Notes: generated by a model not told the origin, from the sequence alone. A stretch of DNA of 64,000 nt from Phycisphaerales bacterium (GCA_965227775.1 OZ245777.1:1312001-1376000), one strand, 5' to 3'; positions 18,272 to 28,587 are shown, counted from the stretch's first letter. Numbers and translations: made by a program.

Positions 18272-18793
18272 ATGGCCATCGACCATCGCACCCTTGGGCC
18301 GGGCGACCTCGGCGTGCTCCTGCGGGCGCCCGCGGGGTTGTTCGATCATCCGATCGACGAGGCACAAGCCCGGGCGTTCCTCGATGATCCGCGCCACGCC
18401 ATCATCGTCGCGGTCGATGGTGCAACCAGCGCGCCCATCGCGTTCGTGAGCGCGAACGGCTACCTCCATCCCGACAAGCCGCCGCAGGCGTGGATCAACG
18501 AGCTGTCGACGCTCGAGGCCCACCGCGGTCGCGGCATCGGCACCGAGCTCGTGCGGCGCATGCTCGCGCTGCTCGCCGAGCGCGGGTATGGCCAAGTGTG
18601 GCTGGCGACCGAGCACGACAACGTGGCGGCGCGGGCGGTGTACCAGAAGGTCATGCGGGAGCGCGGCGGCAGCGAGGACCCGGCGGTCGTGGTCTACGAG
18701 TATCCGTTGGCCTCCGCGCGTGCTCCGCTCGCCTCGGGCGATGTCTCGGGACCGCCTGCCGACAGCCCCGGGGCGCCCGGCGACGTAGGCTGA
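18272..18793 (+). CDS. GNAT acetyltransferase
   Basis: HRGRGIGTELV, NVAARAVYQK. Confidence 0.85.
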   Translation: MAIDHRTLGPGDLGVLLRAPAGLFDHPIDEAQARAFLDDPRHAIIVAVDGATSAPIAFVSANGYLHPDKPPQAWINELSTLEAHRGRGIGTELVRRMLALLAERGYGQVWLATEHDNVAARAVYQKVMRERGGSEDPAVVVYEYPLASARAPLASGDVSGPPADSPGAPGDVG

Positions 18794-18796
18794 TCC

Positions 18797-21262
18797 ATGA
18801 CCCAGCCCCACGCCACGGAAGGCGCCATGACCGAGCCCAACGCCCAGCCCCACGACCCCTACGACCCGCACACCTACGGGGCGGGGCACGATGCCGATGT
18901 CGATGCCGACCCCAACACAGACCCGCTGCTGGCCGACCTTACCGAGAACCAGCGGAGGGCCGTGCTGGCGACCGAGGGGCCCGTGCTCGTGCTGGCGGCG
19001 GCGGGCAGCGGCAAGACGCGGGTCATCACGCGGCGCATCGGGCACCTCATCCGGCTGGGCGTGCCGGCGTGGTCGATCCTGGCGCTGACCTTCACCAACA
19101 AGGCCGCCGCCGAGATGCGCGAGCGCGTGGGCGTGCTGCTGGAGGGTGCCGAGCAGGGGCAGGCGGGGTACGACCCGAGGCGCACGCGCGGGCTGACCAT
19201 CGGCACGTTCCACAGCCTGTGCGCGCGGCTCCTCCGGCGATACGCCGACGACCCATCGCTCGAGTTCGTTAAGCCCGACTTCACGATCTACGACACGTCC
19301 GACCAGGTCGCGCTCATGAAGCGAACGATCAAGGACCTGGACCTCAACACGAGCAACTGGGCGCCCCGGAGTGTCTTGAACGCCATCAGCGGGGCCAAGA
19401 ACGAGCTGCAGGACGCCGACGCGTACGCCGCCAACGCGATGGACTTCTACAGCAAGCAGGTCGCGCGCATCTACTCGGCGTACCAGCAGGCGATGCGGGC
19501 GGCGGGGGCGGTGGACTTCGACGACCTGCTCCTGCTCACGGCGCGCTTGCTCAGGAAGAGCGACACGGCCCGGGCAGAGCTCCGCGAGCGCTGGCAGTAC
19601 CTGCTGATCGACGAGTACCAGGATACGAATCGCGCCCAGTTCGAGATCGCCGCGCTGCTCGCCGGCGAGGCCGGGGCCGACGGGCGAGGTGAGGCGGGCC
19701 CGAACTTCTGCGTCGTGGGCGACCCCGACCAGTCCATCTACGGCTGGCGCGGGGCCGACATCAGCAACATCCTGGAGTTCGAGCAGCAGTATCCGGCGTG
19801 CGAGGTCATCCCGCTCGGAGAGAACTTCCGCAGCACCGCGCCAATCCTGAAGGCCGCCGACACGCTGATCACCAAGAACGTCCGCCGCAAGCACAAGGAC
19901 CTGTTCACCAAGCGCGAGGGCGGCGACTCGGTGGAGGCCGTGCTATGCCAGGACGAGCGTCACGAGGCCGAGATGGTCGCCGATTGGCTCAAGGCCCGCG
20001 CCGAGGACGGGCTCGAGTGGCGCGACATGGCGATCTTCTATCGCACCAACGCGCTCAGCCGGGTGATGGAAGACGCGCTGCGATCGCACGCCGTGCCCTA
20101 CCGCATCGCCAGAGGCACCGCGTTCTATGACCGTGAAGAGGTCAAGAACGCCATCGCCTACCTGCGCGTCGTCGCGAACCCAGCGGACAACATCTCGCTG
20201 CTACGGGTCGTCAACACGCCCACGCGCGGCATCGGCAAGACGAGCCTGAACAAGCTCGACGCCGCGGCGAATATGGCCGGCGCGCCCTTGTTCGACATGC
20301 TCCGCGAGCCCGAGCGGCACGCCGAGGTGACCGCCCGCTCGGGCAAGAGCTGCCGCGAGTTCGTGCAGATGGTGGAGGGCTGGACCGGGCACGGCAGCTT
20401 CATGGGTGCCGAAGTCAGCGCGACGCTGGCCGACCTCGTGGCGCGCGTCATCGACGACTGCGGCCTGCGCACCATGTACGAGGCACGCGCCAAGTCGGGC
20501 GGCGAGGAAGACGAGAGTCGGCTGGACAACCTCGACCAGTTGATCACTGGTGCGGCCGAGTTCGAGCGCGAGTACGACCCCGCGGGCGACCCGTTCGCGT
20601 TTACCGACGCCGAGAGCGCCAGCCAGGGCAACGACGCCGAGACGCCGCCGCTGCTGGCGATGCTCCGCGCCTGGCTCGAGACCGTCGCGCTGGTGAGCGA
20701 CCAGGACGCCGTCGACGCCGCGGGTGGGGCCGTGACGCTCATGACGCTGCACGCCAGCAAGGGCCTGGAGTTCCCCGCCGTCGCGATGATCGGCCTCGAA
20801 GAAGGCACGCTTCCGCACAGCCGGGCCCGCGAGAGCGAGGCCGAACTCGAAGAGGAACGCCGCCTCGCGTTCGTCGGCATCACGCGCGCCATGAAGCGGC
20901 TGATCATCACCAGCGCCCGCGTGCGCGCCGTTCGCGGCGTGCCGGAGCGCACGATCCCCAGCCGATTCCTGAGCGAGATCGGCCAGGAAGGCGACGACCA
21001 CGTCCAGTTCAGCGATCGCGCGGATGACTTTGGCTACGACGGTGGTGGTGGAGGCGGCGCCGACTTCGACCCCTGGGGCGACGACGATGAGCCCAAGACC
21101 GCGGCGCTCAGGGTTGGCTCACGCGTCCGCCACCCGCAGTTCGGCGTGGGCAAGGTTCTGAGCTGTGGCACAGGCCCCGGTGCGCGGGCGCGCGTGGAGT
21201 TCACAGGCATTGGCGTAAAGACGCTGATCCTGGAGTATGCGCGGTTGACGCGGGTGGACTAG
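18797..21262 (+). CDS. pcrA: UvrD/PcrA superfamily 1 DNA helicase
   Basis: AAAGSGKT, TFTNKAA, IDEYQDTN, VGDPDQSIYGWRGA, ENFRS, TLHASKGLEF, EEERRLAFVGITRA, C-terminal HPQFGVG. Confidence 0.95.
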   Translation: MTQPHATEGAMTEPNAQPHDPYDPHTYGAGHDADVDADPNTDPLLADLTENQRRAVLATEGPVLVLAAAGSGKTRVITRRIGHLIRLGVPAWSILALTFTNKAAAEMRERVGVLLEGAEQGQAGYDPRRTRGLTIGTFHSLCARLLRRYADDPSLEFVKPDFTIYDTSDQVALMKRTIKDLDLNTSNWAPRSVLNAISGAKNELQDADAYAANAMDFYSKQVARIYSAYQQAMRAAGAVDFDDLLLLTARLLRKSDTARAELRERWQYLLIDEYQDTNRAQFEIAALLAGEAGADGRGEAGPNFCVVGDPDQSIYGWRGADISNILEFEQQYPACEVIPLGENFRSTAPILKAADTLITKNVRRKHKDLFTKREGGDSVEAVLCQDERHEAEMVADWLKARAEDGLEWRDMAIFYRTNALSRVMEDALRSHAVPYRIARGTAFYDREEVKNAIAYLRVVANPADNISLLRVVNTPTRGIGKTSLNKLDAAANMAGAPLFDMLREPERHAEVTARSGKSCREFVQMVEGWTGHGSFMGAEVSATLADLVARVIDDCGLRTMYEARAKSGGEEDESRLDNLDQLITGAAEFEREYDPAGDPFAFTDAESASQGNDAETPPLLAMLRAWLETVALVSDQDAVDAAGGAVTLMTLHASKGLEFPAVAMIGLEEGTLPHSRARESEAELEEERRLAFVGITRAMKRLIITSARVRAVRGVPERTIPSRFLSEIGQEGDDHVQFSDRADDFGYDGGGGGGADFDPWGDDDEPKTAALRVGSRVRHPQFGVGKVLSCGTGPGARARVEFTGIGVKTLILEYARLTRVD

Positions 21263-22269
21263 ACCATCGCCCGCAACGTACTCGGACTCTCCGCCTGCCC
21301 CGTCCTCGCACTCAGTAACACCGCCGCCGCCATCGGGCCCAAGTGCTGCGCATCGAGCGGGGGCGTCGCCCGGCCGTCCAGCAAAGGCGACATGAAACCC
21401 ACCAGCGCGTCGATCGCGGCACGATCGTGGTCAGTGGTCTTCGATCGCGCCCGGCGTTCGGTGCTGTCGATGATCTTGCCCGCCGGATCGATCCAGCGGT
21501 GGCCGTCGTCGCCAAGTTCGAGCCTGCCGGCCTCGCCCAGCAGCGTCGCGCGCCGTTGCCAGCCGCCGGCTCGGTCGCTCAGCATGATTGCCGCCGAACT
21601 GCCGTTGTCGAAGCGTGCATGGGCGGTCAGGTCGCCGGTCAGCGAGCCGAGCGAGAGGTTCGCGCTCGGCTTGGTCGGGCCGTTCAGCGCCGCCTCGACA
21701 CGCTCTGCCTCGCCCAGCATGCCAACGAGGAGGTCGAGCGCATCAACCAGTAGCGCACCCGTTGCGCCTTGGCCGGCCATCGTCGGGTCTCGGAATCCCG
21801 CAAAGAGCGCGCTACGGACCTCGCCGAACGCGACCAGCGTCTCCTGCGCCTCTTGCACCGCCGGGCTGTGGCGCAGCAGCGGACCAAAGCGCATTGCCTC
21901 GGTCGGCACGCGGCCCTGCATCGGCGCGTGCCATGCCTCGGCGGCGTCGCTGGGCGGCATGGGCAGCGGCGACAGCGTCGCGATGCGCCGGCCCTCGGCG
22001 GCGGCTCGCGCGACGGCCTGGGGCAGCGTCTCGCCGTAGCCGTCGCACGCGGTGGCGAGCACGACGGCCTTCGCGTCCGTGTTGAGCAGATCGAGCAGAT
22101 CGCCGGCGAAGGTTGCGCCAAGGTCGTCGGCGAGCGTTGTGCCGTGGGCGCGCACGGGCGAGGCGGCTGCAACAATCGACACGCCGAGTTCTTCGGCGAT
22201 CGCACGCAACAGCGGCGCTTGCTCCGGCGTGGCCCAGATGGCCAATGACTTGGCGGGCGTCGAGTCCAA
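21259..22269 (-). CDS. Gfo/Idh/MocA-like oxidoreductase-fold protein (divergent)
   Basis: FGEVRSA..., DALDLL..MLGEAERVEA, ARFDNGSSA, LLGEAGRLEL, SARTGQ pattern; TTG start assumed; the ORF extension into rnpB is spurious. Confidence 0.55.
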   Translation of the reverse strand: MDSTPAKSLAIWATPEQAPLLRAIAEELGVSIVAAASPVRAHGTTLADDLGATFAGDLLDLLNTDAKAVVLATACDGYGETLPQAVARAAAEGRRIATLSPLPMPPSDAAEAWHAPMQGRVPTEAMRFGPLLRHSPAVQEAQETLVAFGEVRSALFAGFRDPTMAGQGATGALLVDALDLLVGMLGEAERVEAALNGPTKPSANLSLGSLTGDLTAHARFDNGSSAAIMLSDRAGGWQRRATLLGEAGRLELGDDGHRWIDPAGKIIDSTERRARSKTTDHDRAAIDALVGFMSPLLDGRATPPLDAQHLGPMAAAVLLSARTGQAESPSTLRAMV

Positions 22270-22309
22270 GGTGGCTGCTCCGTCGGTACGCGTATGATAG
22301 GAGGTATGA

Positions 22310-22764
22310 GTGGTGCGGCCGGACGGTCGCGGGTGTTGGGAGCAATCTTGACACTCGAGGAAAGTCCGAGCACGGCAGGGCAACGGTGGTGGGTAACGCC
22401 CACCCGTCGGATCTCGATGAGGTCGCGAGCCGGCGAGGGACAGTGCCACAGAAAACACACCGCCGATGGCGCCGCTCGCGGCGCACAGGTAAGGTTGAAA
22501 TGGTGCGGTAAGAGCGCACCGCCCGATTGGTGACAGTCGGGGCACGGCAAACCCCACCGCGTGCAAGGTCACGCAGCCGTCGCGATGGTCGAGTGATCGG
22601 TCATCGACGCCCGGCCCGGGCGGCAGGCGGCGGGTAGACCGCTGGAACTTCGGTTCCGATCACGCCGGCAACGGCGTGGCCAGAGAAATGGCCGTCGCCC
22701 AACCCGGAGGGCCGTTCGCGCCGGGATGGGTACAGAACTCGGCTTACAGGCCGCACGCGACCAC
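22310..22764 (+). ncRNA. rnpB: RNase P RNA (bacterial type A)
   Basis: GAGGAAAGTCCGAGC, GGGTAACGCCC, AGTGCCACAGAAA, GGTAAGAGCGCACC, GGCAAACCCCAC, ACAGAACTCGGCTTAC; P1 gtgcggcc/ggccgcac; TATGAT -10 at 22293. Confidence 0.97.
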
Positions 22765-22766
22765 AT

Positions 22767-22805
22767 GACGGCCCCGGGGGAGACCTCGGGGCCGTCGCCT
22801 TTCTT
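22767..22805 (+). terminator. intrinsic terminator after rnpB
   Basis: GACGGCCCCGGGG-GAGA-CCTCGGGGCCGTC stem followed by GCCTTTCTT. Confidence 0.75.
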
Positions 22806-22832
22806 GACCAAACGGTTAGCATCTTTACGGCC

Positions 22833-23258
22833 ATGCCACATCCACGGAGACCCATCTCGCGCCGGCAGCGATTCCACCGGGAGTGGGCGATCGTGTTCTG
22901 CGTCTTTTGGTTCACGATTCTCGGAATCGCGTTTGCGGCGACCCTGCAGCCGATGATCGGGACGAACAACTTTGTCAAGCTCGACTTCCCGCTCGCGAAT
23001 CCGTGCTTTGCTGTTGTGTTGATCGCGCTCGTGATGTACGTCGTGGTGATCTCGCTGCGATGGAGGCGGCTCTGTCGATATGCCGCTTCTCGTAATGGCT
23101 TGATTTGTCCATCGTGCTTGTACTCGCTACGCGGCTTGGCTGCATCAAACCCGGATTCCACGCCCGAGATACACTGCCCTGAGTGCGGGTTCACCACGAC
23201 TCGACGGGCGATGATCGAACACTGGGATCTGGTGCCGCCTGCGCATCCAGCGGATTGA
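22833..23258 (+). CDS. membrane protein with C-terminal zinc ribbon
   Basis: Two TM segments; CPSCLYSLRGL...CPECG. Confidence 0.7.
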   Translation: MPHPRRPISRRQRFHREWAIVFCVFWFTILGIAFAATLQPMIGTNNFVKLDFPLANPCFAVVLIALVMYVVVISLRWRRLCRYAASRNGLICPSCLYSLRGLAASNPDSTPEIHCPECGFTTTRRAMIEHWDLVPPAHPAD

Positions 23259-23298
23259 CGCTGGAACGGAATTCAGCGGCCTCTCCTATCATGCTTCG

Positions 23299-24750
23299 AT
23301 GAAGTCACCAGACCCCATCCTCCTCATCGGCGCCGGCCTCGCCGGCTCGCTACTCGCCGTCCTGCTCGCCAGGCAGGGCTTCCCGGTCGTCGTCGCCGAG
23401 CGGCGGGGCGATCCGAGAGCCAAGGGCTACGTTGGCGGGCGGTCCATCAACCTCGCCCTGTCCATCCGCGGCATCACAGCGCTCAAGGCCGCGGGTATCG
23501 CAGACCAGGTGCTGGCCGACGCGCTGCCGATGCCCGGCCGCATCATGCATCCCGAGTCGCTCACCGACGCCACGGGCAAGGGCACGATCTACCAGCCCTA
23601 CAGCCAGGACCCTGCCGACGCGATCCTCAGTGTCTCTCGGGGGGGGCTGAACATCGCGCTGCTCGATGCCGCCGAGCAAACGCCCGGCGTCGAGATCCGA
23701 TTCGACCATCGCTGCACGCACGTCGACCTTGACAGCGCCAGCGCGACCTTCGATACGCCCGATGGCGAAGTCACGCTGCAGGGCCGTGTGCTCATCGGTG
23801 CTGATGGGGCGTTCAGCGCCGTCAGGCACGCGATGCAGATGACCGACCGATTCGACTACTCGCAAAGCTACCTCGAAGCAGGCTACAAGGAACTGCACAT
23901 TCCGGCGCCGCAGGACCTGCCAGATCTGCCCGCCGGCGTGGCGGACGAGTTCGGTGGGTACGCGATGGATCCCAAGGGTCTGCACATATGGGCCGGCCGA
24001 GGCGGCGGCGCGTCGATGATGATCGCCCTGCCCAACCCCGACAAGTCGTTCACGTGCACGTTATTCTGGCCGTACGCCGGCACGCACGGGTTCGATGCCG
24101 TCGAGCCGCTGAGCGACCGTGCTCTTCGCACGTTCTTCGACGAGCACTATCCCGACACGCGATGGCTCATGCCCACGCTCGTCGAGGACTTCCGTGCAAA
24201 CCCAACGAGCAGCCTCGTTACGGTGCGCTGCCGGCCGTGGCGGCGGGGTAAGAGTCTCATTCTGGGAGACGCGGCCCATGCCATCGTTCCGTTCTTTGGC
24301 CAGGGCATGAACGCGGCGTTCGAGGACTGCCGCGTGCTCGCCGAGATGATCGAGCAGTCGGGCGGCGACATCGAGGGTGTGATGGATCCCTTCTGGCAGG
24401 CCCGCGTCGCCAACGCCAACGCCATCGCCGACATGGCCATCGCAAACTTCAGCGAGATGCGCGAGAAGGTTGCGGATGAAGCGTTCTTGTACCACAAGAA
24501 GGTCGAGCAGGCCGTGCACGCCGAGCTGGGCGACGAAATGCCCGAGCGCGCCACGCCGCTGTACAACCTTGTGAGCTTCACGAACGTGCCCTACGCCGAT
24601 GCGCTGCGACGCGGCCGCCAGCTCGACGACACGATCGCCCGCATCGCCTCGCTCGTGCCAAGCAAGCGGGCGGACGAACTCGACCCGGCGGCGTGGCGCG
24701 AGCTGGTCGCTGATCATGCTCGGCGCGTGCTCGGCGGGCAACCGGTCTGA
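23299..24750 (+). CDS. kmo: kynurenine 3-monooxygenase
   Basis: GAGLAG, GRSINLALSIRG, GADGAFSAVR, GYKELHIP, MMIALPNPDKSFTCTLF, GDAAHAIVPFFGQGMN. Confidence 0.9.
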   Translation: MKSPDPILLIGAGLAGSLLAVLLARQGFPVVVAERRGDPRAKGYVGGRSINLALSIRGITALKAAGIADQVLADALPMPGRIMHPESLTDATGKGTIYQPYSQDPADAILSVSRGGLNIALLDAAEQTPGVEIRFDHRCTHVDLDSASATFDTPDGEVTLQGRVLIGADGAFSAVRHAMQMTDRFDYSQSYLEAGYKELHIPAPQDLPDLPAGVADEFGGYAMDPKGLHIWAGRGGGASMMIALPNPDKSFTCTLFWPYAGTHGFDAVEPLSDRALRTFFDEHYPDTRWLMPTLVEDFRANPTSSLVTVRCRPWRRGKSLILGDAAHAIVPFFGQGMNAAFEDCRVLAEMIEQSGGDIEGVMDPFWQARVANANAIADMAIANFSEMREKVADEAFLYHKKVEQAVHAELGDEMPERATPLYNLVSFTNVPYADALRRGRQLDDTIARIASLVPSKRADELDPAAWRELVADHARRVLGGQPV

Positions 24751-24783
24751 CAGGGAGATCGAGCCTCACTCGAAAGGGGAACC

Positions 24784-25533
24784 ATGCGTGCATACTTGAG
24801 CGTCGTGCCCATTGCTGCCGCGGTGCTGTTTGGCGGCTGTGGCGAGCAAACGCCGGCCGTTGTCGCGCAGGCCGATCCACCGGTGTCGGGAAGTGCGGGC
24901 GAGGAGTACATGTCCTTGCACGCGGCCCTGGGGAAGCCCTTTCTTGATCGGGTAGCGATGGTCGAGGGCCCACCGAGCGACTCGCTCGTGCAGGAACTCG
25001 ACGCCAACAAAGACCTCATCGACCGTCTCGCGTACGCCACGCGCATGGACGAGTGCGACTGGGGCTTGCCCGATGACTTTGGCATGGACACGCTGCTGCC
25101 GCACCTAAGCAAGGTGCGATCACTGGCGCGGGTGCTGAACGTCGACGCCCGCAGGCTCGCGGCATCGGGGGATGGCGACGCCGCCTCACGTCGTGTGGCG
25201 GGCATAGTTCGATTGGCGAACCACACGGCGGAAGAGGGAGCGCAGTCGATCATCGAGTGGGCCGTGGCGATCGCGCTCTTGGGCCTCGCGGCGGATGCCG
25301 CTGTCTATTGCGCAACCGACTTCGACGCTCAGCAGCGGGGCCGCGTGCAGGCCGAGCTTGAGTCTGTTGATCTGGATGATCCCTACAGCTTGGACGCACG
25401 GCTGCAGCAAGATCGTGAGATGTCCGCTGCCGCCGGCGTGGACTCCGCCGACGAGCAGCAAATGCGTGACGCGTTTGCTCGAGTGCGACAGGATGTCGAG
25501 CGGGCGATCGAGGCCCTCAAGAGCGGGTCGTAG
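24784..25533 (+). CDS. hypothetical lipoprotein
   Basis: Signal peptide ending FGGC; helical CDWG...LLPHLSKVRSLARVL. Confidence 0.7.
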   Translation: MRAYLSVVPIAAAVLFGGCGEQTPAVVAQADPPVSGSAGEEYMSLHAALGKPFLDRVAMVEGPPSDSLVQELDANKDLIDRLAYATRMDECDWGLPDDFGMDTLLPHLSKVRSLARVLNVDARRLAASGDGDAASRRVAGIVRLANHTAEEGAQSIIEWAVAIALLGLAADAAVYCATDFDAQQRGRVQAELESVDLDDPYSLDARLQQDREMSAAAGVDSADEQQMRDAFARVRQDVERAIEALKSGS

Positions 25534-25550
25534 GCGGCGCGCTCCACCGC

Positions 25551-26465
25551 ATGCTCCTCGTTGACACATCCAACGTTCTCCACGTTACCGGCGTGCTGCC
25601 GCAGCACCTGATGGGTGACGGCGCGGGTCTCGACCTGCAGGGCCTTGCGCGTCTGATCTCGACGAGCCGGTATGGCAAGCGTCGGGCGGTGCTGGTCAGC
25701 GACGGCGTGGGACCCAGCCGCGCGAACGAGCCCGCGCTCGCAGCGGCGGCCGGAGTTCCCGAATCTACCAACACCGCGCCCTCGGGCCGCGAGATCGCCG
25801 GCCTCGACGTGGTGTACGCCGGGGCGAACCAGGAGGCCGACGACGTTATCGAGCTGTTGCTGGCCAGGGACACGGCGCCGCGCAGGATCTTGGTGGTGTC
25901 GACCGATCGCCGGCTCGTGCTCGCGGCTCGGCGTCGGCGCGCCCAGAGCATCACCAGCGAGGCGTTCCTCCAGCACCTTGCGAGCGATGCGGGCAAGCCC
26001 AGGGCGAAGCCACTGCCCGGTTACGCCACCCAGGTGCCGCTCAACGAGTACGCGGTCGGTTACTGGATGTCGCTGTTCGGCTACGGCTCGATGGCCCAAG
26101 ACGCTCCGCCGGGTGAGCGGCCCGTGTCAGACGTGTCTCGCGCGGCGCAGCGCGGCCTCGACGAGGAACGCCAGCGCGAGCAGGCCCGCAAGCGCGCCAG
26201 CAGCCCGCACGCCCACGAGCGGCTGAAGATCCCCAAGGACCTGCTGGGAGCCAACGGCAAGCCGAGCCCATCCAGCGACGCCCCGCCGCTACCACCGAAG
26301 CCGCGCCCCGAATCGCAATCTCCGCCACCTCCGCCGCCGCCTGCTGATGATGAACTGCCAGCCGACGTGAAGGACTTGCTCAAAGATTCCGGCCTGTCCA
26401 TCGACCCGGCCGATCTGGACATGAACCGATGGCTGCCAAAGAGAGACACACCACCACCCCCCTGA
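25551..26465 (+). CDS. YacP-like NYN/PIN domain protein with Pro-rich tail
   Basis: MLLVDTSNVL, VLVSDG, EADDVI, VVSTDRRL, SEAFL. Confidence 0.7.
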   Translation: MLLVDTSNVLHVTGVLPQHLMGDGAGLDLQGLARLISTSRYGKRRAVLVSDGVGPSRANEPALAAAAGVPESTNTAPSGREIAGLDVVYAGANQEADDVIELLLARDTAPRRILVVSTDRRLVLAARRRRAQSITSEAFLQHLASDAGKPRAKPLPGYATQVPLNEYAVGYWMSLFGYGSMAQDAPPGERPVSDVSRAAQRGLDEERQREQARKRASSPHAHERLKIPKDLLGANGKPSPSSDAPPLPPKPRPESQSPPPPPPPADDELPADVKDLLKDSGLSIDPADLDMNRWLPKRDTPPPP

Positions 26466-26854
26466 TCGCGCTGTTCTTTGCTGCGATGTTCGCGTGCGGC
26501 TGCCAGACCTCTGAGCGGTACCAGGGCGAGACCCGCATTGTCGCGACCTGGCAGGGCCGGACGCTCTCGGCGGAAGTGCCCGACTCCGTCGGTGTGCCGG
26601 GGGCTCACTACGCCGCGGTCGAAGCCTTGCAGATGCGCGGCTACGCGGTGGTGGCCGACGAGGCGACCGCCGATCGTGGCTACCTCGCCGCCCGAGGGCC
26701 CGATGGCACCGTGATTGGCGGCTACCGGCGGGTGATCGTCCGGACCGCGCTCACGCCTGCGGCGGTGGGGGTCAAGATCACCCTCGAGCCGGCCGGTGAC
26801 GAGGTCGCGGCCCGAGCCATCCTCGACGATGTCCTCCGGCGGCTGGGGCTCTAA
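26429..26854 (+). CDS. hypothetical lipoprotein
   Basis: Hydrophobic signal with ACGC lipobox. Confidence 0.65.
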   Translation: MAAKERHTTTPLIALFFAAMFACGCQTSERYQGETRIVATWQGRTLSAEVPDSVGVPGAHYAAVEALQMRGYAVVADEATADRGYLAARGPDGTVIGGYRRVIVRTALTPAAVGVKITLEPAGDEVAARAILDDVLRRLGL

Positions 26855-26987
26855 CGGACTCGCCTTTGCAAGTTCTGTGCTCGCAGGGCGTTAGGCGATC
26901 ACGGGCAGCATTCGCACAGGGCTGGCAGGGGCAGCGGCTGGTTGACTTGCAGCCCCCGAACGGCTTGGATTGATCGAGAGGACCGCT

Positions 26988-27365
26988 ATGCCCAGTGATG
27001 CCATCCTGAACCTCCCCCTCGCCCTGATCGGTCCGCTGGGCTGGCCCGAGATCGGGGCCATCCTCGTCATCGCGGTGCTGCTCTTCGGCCGTCGGCTCCC
27101 CGACGTGGGCCGCAATGTGGGCAAGGCGATCATCGAGTTCAAGCGCGGCGTCAAGGGCATCACCGACGACATCGAGGAAGAGTCTCGCAAGCCCGACGCT
27201 CGGGATCAGGATCGGGCGACGCCCGAACTCGAGGCTCCCAAGGGCACGGCATACCGCGAGGATGCCTTCCACGAGCCGCCCGCGGGCGATGTCGGCCGGC
27301 CCGACCCCATGCCGCAGCAGCAGACGCCCCCCGCCGCGGGCGAGGGCCAGCCCCGCACCAGCTGA
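26988..27365 (+). CDS. tatA: twin-arginine translocase TatA/E subunit
   Basis: LGWPEI...VLLFGRRLPDVGRNVGKAIIEFKRG. Confidence 0.9.
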   Translation: MPSDAILNLPLALIGPLGWPEIGAILVIAVLLFGRRLPDVGRNVGKAIIEFKRGVKGITDDIEEESRKPDARDQDRATPELEAPKGTAYREDAFHEPPAGDVGRPDPMPQQQTPPAAGEGQPRTS

Positions 27366-27447
27366 CCCGATCAGCAGGCGGCCCGGGCACCCGAGCCCCG
27401 CTATCATCTCGACCCGCCACGGCCGAGCGTTGCCGCGGCGACCCTTT

Positions 27448-27522
27448 GGCGAGGTAGCTCAGCTGGTTTAGAGCGCTGGATTCATAACCCGGAGGTCGAG
27501 GGTTCGAGTCCCTCCCTCGCCA
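27448..27522 (+). tRNA. tRNA-Met (CAT), elongator-type; CCA not encoded
   Basis: GGCGAGG/CCTCGCC acceptor stem, TAGCTCAGCTGG D-arm, TTCATAA loop, GGTTCGAGTCC T-arm. Confidence 0.93.
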
Positions 27523-27537
27523 CTTTCGCCCGCGAAT

Positions 27538-28533
27538 CTACCAATGCAAGCCGCGCGACCGCAGGTATTCCAGCAGTCGTTGCGGCTCGTCCGTTTGGAT
27601 CACCGTCACGCCATTGTCGACCATCCAGCCCCACACTGCGTGCGGGTCTTCGATCGCGCGCGAGTCCGAGCGTCCGCCGGAGATCGAGTCCCACAACGAG
27701 TTCATCCACAGTCGCGCACGCCCGTCGAGCAGGTTCGCGACGGGATAGATGAGGCGATCGCCCGCGGCCTCGCCATCCAGGCAAACCTCGATAGCCGGCG
27801 CATGGAGCACCGCAAGCGACGTGAGTTCGAGCAACGCATCCGGCGCGTCGGTCGACTCGTCGAACGCCACGATCGGCATGAAGCTCAGAGTGTGCGGCGA
27901 CTGGCCGCCGACCAGATCATCCAAGCCGTTGGATCGAAGGTAGTCCGAGGCATCTTCGGACTGGATCCGCGCCTTGAGCACGACGTGGTTGCGCATGCCA
28001 AGCTGTGTTGCCAGCGACAAGCACTCCGCGAGATATCCTCTCGCCTTGTCGAGGTTGACCATGATGCGGCCGCGGCACGCAAGCAGGGCCTCACGAAGCG
28101 TCGGCACCGCCAACACGGTCGGCAGGCCGTCACCGTCGAGCAATCGGAGCTCACGGACCTGCTCCAGGGTGAGCTCGTCGACGCGCCCCTTGCCGGTCGT
28201 CGTGCGGTCCACTGTCGTGTCGTGCATCAGCACGAAGTGTCCGTCGATCGTTCGCCGGACATCAACCTCAATCATGTCGCAACCCATCGCGATGGCCGCT
28301 TCGATGCTCGGCAGCGAGTTTTCTGGTCCGCCAGCGCCAGGTCCGCGATGCGCCGCGCGGTGTGCAACCACCAGCACCGTAGGGTCATCGGCATCGTGCC
28401 ATGCCCGCAGAATCGACTCGAATCGTGTGGATGTCGCTGAGCCCGGCCGCAGCGCAGCGTCTTGAGCCCACGCCGGTTGAGCGAGGGCGCTCGGGAACAG
28501 CGTGAACACGATCAAAACGAAAAGCAAGCGCAT
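27538..28533 (-). CDS. glycerophosphodiester phosphodiesterase, secreted
   Basis: VAHRA, PENSL, IEVDVRRT, MHDTTVDRTT, IQTDEP. Confidence 0.88.
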   Translation of the reverse strand: MRLLFVLIVFTLFPSALAQPAWAQDAALRPGSATSTRFESILRAWHDADDPTVLVVAHRAAHRGPGAGGPENSLPSIEAAIAMGCDMIEVDVRRTIDGHFVLMHDTTVDRTTTGKGRVDELTLEQVRELRLLDGDGLPTVLAVPTLREALLACRGRIMVNLDKARGYLAECLSLATQLGMRNHVVLKARIQSEDASDYLRSNGLDDLVGGQSPHTLSFMPIVAFDESTDAPDALLELTSLAVLHAPAIEVCLDGEAAGDRLIYPVANLLDGRARLWMNSLWDSISGGRSDSRAIEDPHAVWGWMVDNGVTVIQTDEPQRLLEYLRSRGLHW

Positions 28534-28587
28534 GGCGGCTCCCTCTCAAGAGGCACTCTGCGAGAGTGCGCCGCCACACTATGCCGG

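Noticed and set aside
22270..22877. ORFs overlapping 22310-22764
   Set aside because: The region is the RNase P RNA gene; the ORFs are incidental.
27448..28533. tRNA-Met as an integration site
   Set aside because: No integrase and no duplicated tRNA 3' end seen in the window.
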